The notes under the pieces: model-generated
Told to the model about the DNA's origin: nothing
What the model saw: the letters and a program-made list of their open reading frames with translations, nothing else
The model's database searches: none
Shown: piece by piece, positions 50,227 through 56,371 of the stretch
How positions within the stretch are numbered: position 1 is the stretch's first letter
Layout: each line of letters starts with the position of its first letter
Source: an uncultured Clostridia bacterium
GTDB lineage: Bacteria; Aerophobota; Aerophobia; Aerophobales; B3-G15
Direction of reading: 5' to 3'
DNA length: 56,371 bases
NCBI GenBank assembly: GCA_964482715.1
Contig: CAYZYX010000007.1
Span: forward strand, 1-56,371
Position numbers and translations under genes: made by a program

Positions 50227-51440
50227 AAGAAGTCCTTAAGCCACTCCTTTATTTTAACACCTAATTTTTCCTTTAAAGCAAGCTCTTCACGTCTTTTTAT
50301 TCCGTACAAAAGTAAACCCACAGCTGTAGCATATGTGGGACTTAAGAGTTTGGAAGGAGACTTTATTCTGGGATAGCCAATTCTGGCTGGCAAACCTAAC
50401 TTTTCCTCTGCCGTCTCTTTTATCCCGGGAAGTAAGGAGCACCCTCCTGTTAAAACCGCACCAGCGCTGATGAGTCCCTTATAACCACTTACTCTAAGTT
50501 CAAGATCTACAAGCTCAAATAATTCTTCTATTCTAAACTGGATAATCCGGGCAAGGATTGATCTTTTCACCTTAGATTTTCCTCTACCGGCGATTCGCTC
50601 CACTTCTAAATTTTCATCTTTATCCAGATAATCAACCGCAGCTATTCCGTGATTTATCTTGATTTTTTCAGCTTCTTCTCTACTGATGTGAAGTCCAACG
50701 GCAATGTCATTAGTTAAATGATTTCCTCCTACGGCAATTACTTTGGTAAATCTCAGTCCTTCTTTTAAAAAAATAGCGAGGTCCGTGGTTCCGCCTCCTA
50801 TATCAAGGAGAACCACTCCCATATCCTCCTCCTGGGGGAGTAAAGTAGAAAGCCCGGAAGCCAGAGGTTGCAGTACAAATCCTTCCAGCTCATAACCTGC
50901 TCCAACAACACTATCCTCTATGTTCCTGCAACAACCTGAAGAAGCCGTAATTAGATGAACCTTAACCTGAAGCTGGACTCCTCTCATTCCCAGAGGATTT
51001 TTAATCTCACCCTGACCGTCAATGATGTAGTCCTGGGGAAGAACGTGGATGATCTCTCTTTCTGGAGGGAGAACAATAGAAGATGCCTGTTTCAGGGCTT
51101 CCTCTATATCTCTGGTTTCGATTATCTTTTCAGGATCTGCTATTCTCACAAAACCACTATTGTCTCTTCCTTCTATATGAGAACCAGCAATACTAACCCA
51201 CAGCTTTTTAATTCTCTTTCCCGCATCCAGTTCGGCTATCCTTATCACCTCTTTGATCCGGGAAGAGAGCTCGCGTACATCGGTCACCACACCTTTAGTC
51301 ACTCCTTCTGAAGAAACCGTTCCTGAACCCAGAATGTTGAGTTTCCCATCTTTAACCGTTCCCAGCACGGCACATATTTTGCTGGTTCCAATGTCCAGAC
51401 CCACTATTAAATCCTGTTTCCTGACTTTTAGCTTCTTCAT
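50223..51440 (-). CDS. ftsA: Cell division protein FtsA
   Basis: GLDIGTSK, DIGGGTT, AEKIK, LTGG, C-terminal amphipathic helix KEWLKDFF. Confidence 0.96.
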   Translation of the reverse strand: MKKLKVRKQDLIVGLDIGTSKICAVLGTVKDGKLNILGSGTVSSEGVTKGVVTDVRELSSRIKEVIRIAELDAGKRIKKLWVSIAGSHIEGRDNSGFVRIADPEKIIETRDIEEALKQASSIVLPPEREIIHVLPQDYIIDGQGEIKNPLGMRGVQLQVKVHLITASSGCCRNIEDSVVGAGYELEGFVLQPLASGLSTLLPQEEDMGVVLLDIGGGTTDLAIFLKEGLRFTKVIAVGGNHLTNDIAVGLHISREEAEKIKINHGIAAVDYLDKDENLEVERIAGRGKSKVKRSILARIIQFRIEELFELVDLELRVSGYKGLISAGAVLTGGCSLLPGIKETAEEKLGLPARIGYPRIKSPSKLLSPTYATAVGLLLYGIKRREELALKEKLGVKIKEWLKDFF

Positions 51441-52174
51441 TTATTATATGAAACAACGATCTGTTTTTCAAATCTAAGATCTATACGGTTAATTTTTTCT
51501 TTCCTCTTTTTTGTGTCTTCCAGAATCTCAGGAACATAGACAAGATGGCTGTAATCAGGAGAAATACCCAAAATAAGCTGGATGCCATTATCAAGCAAGA
51601 TAATCATTCCACGATTTGATTCTTCCAGTTTTATTCTTTTTACCTGCAGGTTTAATTTTTGACACACCAATAAAGCATTTAAAGCCTTGATGATTTTTTC
51701 TTTCCTTTTCAGCACATCTACCCCTTCAATAAGAGGTAATCCAGGTTTTCCCTCTGCTTCCCTCAAAATAACACCCTCTTTGTCCACTTCCCAGACTTTT
51801 TGACCATCTGCCACACAGGCATAAGGTTTTCTCTCAGTTATACTTATTATTAAGGTAGAAGGCAACCTCTTCTCAATTACAACTTTTTTCACCAGGCCAT
51901 GAGCAAGAATTTTTTCTTTTATCCGGTTAACATCAAGTTTAAATATGGAAGTTTCAGGAGGGATAAGGTTTGGCTGAAGAATTTCAGAACTTGTTAATCT
52001 TTCAAGTCCTTTTACTTCAACATTCTTTACATAAAAGTAAGGTAAAGATAGTACTGATAGAGCAGTATAAAGGATCAACCCTACCAGAACTGCCAGAAAA
52101 ACAAAAACATCCCTTTTTCTCTTTTTCTTCCTGGACAAATAAGAAAAAGATACATACCCTGCAAACCTGGCCAT
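51437..52174 (-). CDS. ftsQ: Cell division protein FtsQ/DivIB
   Basis: Basic N-terminus, TM helix, POTRA domain, C-terminal IDLRF; lies between ddl and ftsA. Confidence 0.88.
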   Translation of the reverse strand: MARFAGYVSFSYLSRKKKRKRDVFVFLAVLVGLILYTALSVLSLPYFYVKNVEVKGLERLTSSEILQPNLIPPETSIFKLDVNRIKEKILAHGLVKKVVIEKRLPSTLIISITERKPYACVADGQKVWEVDKEGVILREAEGKPGLPLIEGVDVLKRKEKIIKALNALLVCQKLNLQVKRIKLEESNRGMIILLDNGIQLILGISPDYSHLVYVPEILEDTKKRKEKINRIDLRFEKQIVVSYNK

Positions 52175-52175
52175 C

Positions 52176-53105
52176 TCAATTTCGCTTTCTCCTGAGAGCC
52201 CTCTGAATTATTTTATCCACCAGCTGGTGAAACTGTATCCCCTCTGCCCTGGCTGCCTTAGGAAAAAGGCTGATCTTCGTCATTCCCGGAATGGTATTGA
52301 TTTCCAGAAGATAGACCTCACCTTCCCTCCAGATCATGTCTACACGAGCAAAATCTCTACATCCAAGACTTTTGTAAGCCTTTAAGGCTACATTTTGAAT
52401 TTTACCATAATCTTCAGGAGCAAAATGCGCTGGAACAATGTACTGACTTTTTCCTTGTGTATATTTGGTCTCATAATCGTAAAACTCATGCTCCGGGATA
52501 ATCTCTATTACAGGAAGTGCCCTTGGCTCAGGGTCGTCCAGAATTCCCACCGTCACCTCTCTACCCTGAATATACTCTTCAATTAAAACGTATTTCTTAT
52601 CATAGGAAAATGCTTTTTGTAAAGCAGGGAAAAGCTCTTTTTTCTCTTTTACCAGACTTACGCCCAGGGTAGACCCGCTTCGTCCAGGTTTCACTATAAA
52701 AGGAAAACGGAGAAAAGAAAAATCCTCAGAGCGAAATTCCACTTCATTATCAATAACCAAATATTCAGGTTGCCCGAGACCTTCAGCTTTCCATATCTTT
52801 CTACTGCTCTTTTTATCTATGGCAAGTGCACTGGCTAAAACTCCGGAACCTGTATAAGGAATATTTAAAGTTTCCAGCCACCCCTGAATGGTTCCATCCT
52901 CTCCACCGGGACCATGTAAGGCAATGAATACAGCATCTACCCTTTCTTTTAGAAGTGAAAATAGCCTTTGATCTTCAGCAGGGTCTATACTTAACGTGCG
53001 ATATCCTGCTTTCCAAAGGGCTTCTTCTATTGCCTCCCCACTTTTTAAGGATATATCCCTTTCAGGAGATTTACCTCCTTTCAATACACATATCTTCTCT
53101 TTCAT
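52176..53105 (-). CDS. ddl: D-alanine--D-alanine ligase
   Basis: GG.SPERDISL.SG, LHGPGGEDG, YDYETKY, EINTIPGMT. Confidence 0.97.
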   Translation of the reverse strand: MKEKICVLKGGKSPERDISLKSGEAIEEALWKAGYRTLSIDPAEDQRLFSLLKERVDAVFIALHGPGGEDGTIQGWLETLNIPYTGSGVLASALAIDKKSSRKIWKAEGLGQPEYLVIDNEVEFRSEDFSFLRFPFIVKPGRSGSTLGVSLVKEKKELFPALQKAFSYDKKYVLIEEYIQGREVTVGILDDPEPRALPVIEIIPEHEFYDYETKYTQGKSQYIVPAHFAPEDYGKIQNVALKAYKSLGCRDFARVDMIWREGEVYLLEINTIPGMTKISLFPKAARAEGIQFHQLVDKIIQRALRRKRN

Positions 53106-53109
53106 TATG

Positions 53110-54018
53110 TCAAATTATCTCTACTTCCGGCTCAAGAAGTATGTTAAATTTCTCCTTAACCTTCTCTCTTACCTTCTCTATAAGCTCTATTATATCTCGA
53201 GCTGTAGCCTTACCTTTGTTAATTATAAAATTCCCGTGCTGGAAAGATATCTGCGCATCACCTACACGCATACCCAAACATCCCGTATTTTGAATGAGAT
53301 AACCTGCTGAATAAAAAGGAGGATTCTTAAATATACAACCCGCTGAAGGAAAGGAGAGAGGTTGGGTCTGGATTTTTCTCTCTGTTGCTTTCTGGATACG
53401 TGAAATTATTTTTTCTTTTTTATCGGGGAAAAGTTTCAGTTTAACCTTGGTAAGCACCAGGCTTTTATCTTCCATAAAAATACTACTTCGATAACCAAAT
53501 TTTATCTTATCTCGAGACAGAACAAATTCCCTGTTATTTATAAAGTTATTTGTAGCTATAACTTTTGCCCATATAATCCTCTCTGAAAGAGCTTCACCAA
53601 AAGCACTGGCATTTCTAACCACAGCACCACCTATGGTTCCAGGAATACCAGCCAGAGATTCCAACCCACTCAATCCTTCCTTTGCCGCAAAATCAATCAA
53701 AACCGGTAAATCCACCCCTGCTCCAGCCAGAACCTCATCTCCATCTCTTTCTATCTTCTTAAATTCCCCTCCAAGTTTAATTATTACTCCCCGAAATCCT
53801 TCATCGCGAAAAAGAAGCTTGCTCCCATTACCTATCACAAGGAAAAGAAGCTTTCTCCGAAAGCAAAAATCAATAACGGTCCTGAGATCATCACAATCTT
53901 CAGGCACCACAAAAAAATCTGCTTTCCCCCCGGTCTTCATAGAAGTAAGTTCTCTAAGTGACTGCCCTCTAATTACCTTTCCCTTGATACTCAATCTTCG
54001 CTGTTCCGTTATCTGCAT
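53110..54018 (-). CDS. murB: UDP-N-acetylmuramate dehydrogenase
   Basis: GG.A, GNGS, GIPGTIGG, FGYRSS, SAGCIFKNP, HGNFIIN, LEPEV. Confidence 0.96.
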   Translation of the reverse strand: MQITEQRRLSIKGKVIRGQSLRELTSMKTGGKADFFVVPEDCDDLRTVIDFCFRRKLLFLVIGNGSKLLFRDEGFRGVIIKLGGEFKKIERDGDEVLAGAGVDLPVLIDFAAKEGLSGLESLAGIPGTIGGAVVRNASAFGEALSERIIWAKVIATNNFINNREFVLSRDKIKFGYRSSIFMEDKSLVLTKVKLKLFPDKKEKIISRIQKATERKIQTQPLSFPSAGCIFKNPPFYSAGYLIQNTGCLGMRVGDAQISFQHGNFIINKGKATARDIIELIEKVREKVKEKFNILLEPEVEII

Positions 54019-54052
54019 ATCAATCCTCTCTCTTTCAATTTGAAGTTGGTTT

Positions 54053-54081
54053 ATTGTAGCCTAACTGAAAAAAGTAGTCAA
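54053..54081 (-). promoter_or_regulatory. sigma70 promoter of murB-ddl-ftsQ-ftsA
   Basis: TTGACT-17-TACAAT. Confidence 0.65.
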
Positions 54082-54093
54082 GAGCAACCTTCA

Positions 54094-54212
54094 CTGAAAT
54101 TAGAATATTCTTATTATAGATAAAAGCTCCCGGGGAAAGATTTTCCCTTAATTTACCCTGAGATACCCGGGAGCCTACGGAGAAAGTATAAGTAAAACTG
54201 TCCCAATGTCAG
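54094..54212. mobile_element. MITE family copy (119 bp, degenerate left end)
   Basis: Right end AACTGTCCCAATGTCAG (16/17 identical to 9227-9243); left end CTGAAATTAGAATA; internal GCTCCCGGG/CCCGGGAGC stem; CCTTCA on both flanks. Confidence 0.7.
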
Positions 54213-54222
54213 CCCTTCAAAT

Positions 54223-54250
54223 TTGACATTCTTGTGACTATTTATAACAT
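54223..54250 (+). promoter_or_regulatory. sigma70 promoter of the diguanylate cyclase
   Basis: TTGACA-16-TAACAT. Confidence 0.55.
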
Positions 54251-54277
54251 ATATTTTTAAAATAAAAGGGGGAAGAT

Positions 54278-56026
54278 TTGTCTGAAGAAATAATAGAGGG
54301 AGTAAAAGCCCGGAATTTATGGGATATTGCTGGCTGTATTTTTGTCCTCATTGATAAAAATAAAAAGGTTGTCTTTATAAACAAAAGAGGGTGTGAAATT
54401 TTGGGTTACTCAAAAGATGAAATTATTGGGAAGAACTGGTTTGAAAATTTTCTTCCCTCAGAATTTAAGGAAAAGGTGGAAGATGTGTTTAAGAGGTTAG
54501 TGAAAGGAGAAATCAAGGAATCTGAATATTTTGAGAATCCTGTTTTAACCAAAAATGGGGAAAAAAGATCTATATTATGGCATAATACAGTGCTAAAAAA
54601 CAAAAATGGGGAAATATCTGCCACTTTGAGCTCTGGAATTGATATAACAGGCAGGAAAGAGCTGGAAAAAAGTCTCCGGGATGCCTTGCAAAAAGTTGAG
54701 ATATTTGCCAATGCAATAAGAGATGCCATTGTTGTTGTAAATGATAAAGGTGAGGTTGATTTCTGGAATGATGCAGCAGAGAAGATATTTGGCTATAAGA
54801 AAGAGGAGGCAATTGGGAAAGGACTTCATAAATTGATAATTCCCTCCCGCTATCTTGAATCTTATCAAAGAGCAATCCGCAAATTTAAATTCACCGGGAA
54901 AGGACAAGCTATCGGTAAGATAATGGAACTTTCTGCTTTAACAAAAGGTAAAACCGAAATTCCCATAGAGCTTTCTCTTTCTTCCTTTCAGATTGAAGAA
55001 AAATGGTATGCTATTGGAATTGCAAGAGACATTAGTGAAAGAAAAAAAATGGGAGAAAAGTTAAAAAATTATCAGAAAAAGTTAAAGGAACTTCATCAGA
55101 CAGTTCATCTACTCCAAAAGTGCAAATCCGAGAAAGAGATAGCTCAAAATGCGATCCAGCAGGTGGAGAAAATTTTGGGTTTTAATTTTTGTGTTCTTTA
55201 TCTTGTGAAAGAGAATTTCTTTTACCCTGTTGCCTTTTCTCCTGCTATTACTTTTTACCTTAAATTAAAACCTCTCTCACTTAACAAAGGTATTCTCGGG
55301 AAAACTCTGGAAAAAGAACAGACATTCTGGGGAAGAACAAAAACTCACATTAATAGCGGTATTAAAAAAGCCATTTTCAAATCTTTTATCAGCACGCCTG
55401 TGGATAAAGTAGGAGTGCTTCAGGTATATTTGATAGATTTATCTTCCTTCAATGAAGAAGATGTAGAACTTTTAGAAATATTAGCTGAACATCTGGCAGA
55501 GGAAATAAAGGAGAAAAGATTAGAAGAAAGGCTGAAATATTTGGCCCTTCACGATCCACTTACCGGCACATACAACCGTTACTATTCCAGGGAAATACTG
55601 GAAAGAGAGATAAAGCGGGCTAAAAGATGTGGCTCTCCGCTTGGTTTTTTGATGATCGATATAAATAGATTTAAGGAGATTAATGATCGTTACTCACACT
55701 TAACAGGTGACAGAATACTCCAGGAAGTAGCACGCCTTATTATGAAAAGTATCAGAAATACCGATATTGTGATCCGTTTCGGAGGAGACGAATTTCTCGT
55801 TCTTTTACCTGAGACTGGAAGAGAAACTGATGAGATAAAAAAAAGAATAAGAGAAAAAATTGAAAACTGGAACAGGAACTCTACTCCTCTTGATTTTCCT
55901 CTTACTCTGGCTATAGGTGCAGCTTTTTGGGATCCAGCAATGAAAAAAGAAGTAAAGGATGTACTTAAAGAAGCCGATTTAAAAATGTATCTGGAAAAGA
56001 GATTAAATTCTGGAAAAACTCATTAA
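54278..56026 (+). CDS. PAS-PAS-GAF-GGDEF diguanylate cyclase
   Basis: Two PAS/PAC domains (DITGRK, DISERK), GAF-like region, HDPLTG, RNTD I-site, GGDEF; TTG start after GGGGA. Confidence 0.93.
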   Translation: MSEEIIEGVKARNLWDIAGCIFVLIDKNKKVVFINKRGCEILGYSKDEIIGKNWFENFLPSEFKEKVEDVFKRLVKGEIKESEYFENPVLTKNGEKRSILWHNTVLKNKNGEISATLSSGIDITGRKELEKSLRDALQKVEIFANAIRDAIVVVNDKGEVDFWNDAAEKIFGYKKEEAIGKGLHKLIIPSRYLESYQRAIRKFKFTGKGQAIGKIMELSALTKGKTEIPIELSLSSFQIEEKWYAIGIARDISERKKMGEKLKNYQKKLKELHQTVHLLQKCKSEKEIAQNAIQQVEKILGFNFCVLYLVKENFFYPVAFSPAITFYLKLKPLSLNKGILGKTLEKEQTFWGRTKTHINSGIKKAIFKSFISTPVDKVGVLQVYLIDLSSFNEEDVELLEILAEHLAEEIKEKRLEERLKYLALHDPLTGTYNRYYSREILEREIKRAKRCGSPLGFLMIDINRFKEINDRYSHLTGDRILQEVARLIMKSIRNTDIVIRFGGDEFLVLLPETGRETDEIKKRIREKIENWNRNSTPLDFPLTLAIGAAFWDPAMKKEVKDVLKEADLKMYLEKRLNSGKTH

Positions 56027-56041
56027 TTTTACCTTGCCCAA

Positions 56042-56211
56042 CTATCTTTTCCATTCCATGCGTCTTGCATATTCTCTGGAGATGACGAGAAAATGCCTGT
56101 ATATTTCCTCTACAGGATCCTGAGGAAAAACTTCAAAACAGGGAATAGCTACAACTTCAGGAGCAAGAGTCTCCATGATATATCTGTATTCCTCAAGTAC
56201 ATGCTGGGGAG
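56042..56211 (-). pseudogene. C-terminal fragment of an unidentified gene cut off by the IS256 end
   Basis: Open frame SPQHVLEEYRY...YRHFLVISREYARRMEWKR* on the minus strand; its 5' side abuts the IS terminal repeat. Confidence 0.45.
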
Positions 56212-56371
56212 AAGTATGTCAAGTCCAAAGTTTTCTGTAAATTTCCTCCAGGATAAGGAAAATATAACTGAGGAGAAAATGCTAAACAAACTCTCCTCAC
56301 CACCTTTGCTCTTTCAAAAAACCTTTTAGCTGCAACTCTACCCTTACACTAAAATACCCCTCTATGAGCCT
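56212..56371 (-). mobile_element. IS256-family element right end (runs off the window)
   Basis: 56231-56323 is clearly homologous to 19842-19935 (TTTTCTGTAAAT.CCTCCAGGATAA...CACCTTTGCTCTTTCAAAAA); TGTCAA-containing TIR. Confidence 0.7.

Noticed and set aside
1310-54907. Numerous antisense or overlapping ORFs in the track (e.g. 1594-2286, 22581-23186, 32667-33404, 44076-44261)
   Set aside because: They are shadows of well-supported genes or tRNAs and lack protein motifs.
56093-56329. 78-aa plus-strand ORF
   Set aside because: It spans the IS256 terminus and the antisense of a gene fragment; likely spurious.
1-56371. CRISPR array, prophage, integrase at the tRNAs, rRNA
   Set aside because: No regularly spaced repeats, phage genes, integrase, duplicated tRNA 3' end or rRNA-like sequence were seen.

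Overview
56 kb of AT-rich (roughly 40% GC by eye) chromosome from an anaerobic, sugar-using bacterium. Gene content suggests a deep-branching or candidate-phylum organism such as Aerophobetes; this is inference only. In order, the window holds: a LacI-regulated sugar ABC transporter with convergent sugar-modifying genes; a VapBC toxin-antitoxin pair; an aIF-2B-like gene; a PAS-GAF-GGDEF cyclase; rnz; a nuoE-like / NuoF-GltD(NfnB) fusion / FdhF / mobA operon with larE-fdhD; uvrA; a TPR-DUF3857-transglutaminase gene; an orphan nfnA; amrB; hppA; pth-rplY-prs; GTP-dependent PEPCK; a compacted translation cluster with two tRNAs; M23-bactofilin; polA; a murB-ddl-ftsQ-ftsA block with no ftsZ; and a second cyclase. 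The most notable signal outside the ORF track is a family of non-autonomous miniature elements (MITEs) with about 14-bp CTGA..GGGACA termini. One complete copy has an 8-bp target duplication and a strongly structured interior, and the element ends repeatedly sit 10-12 nt upstream of sigma70 -35 boxes. Also notable are two IS256 remnants, and a possible split Nfn/formate dehydrogenase electron-bifurcating system (NfnB-like module fused to the NuoF-like subunit, plus a lone NfnA).
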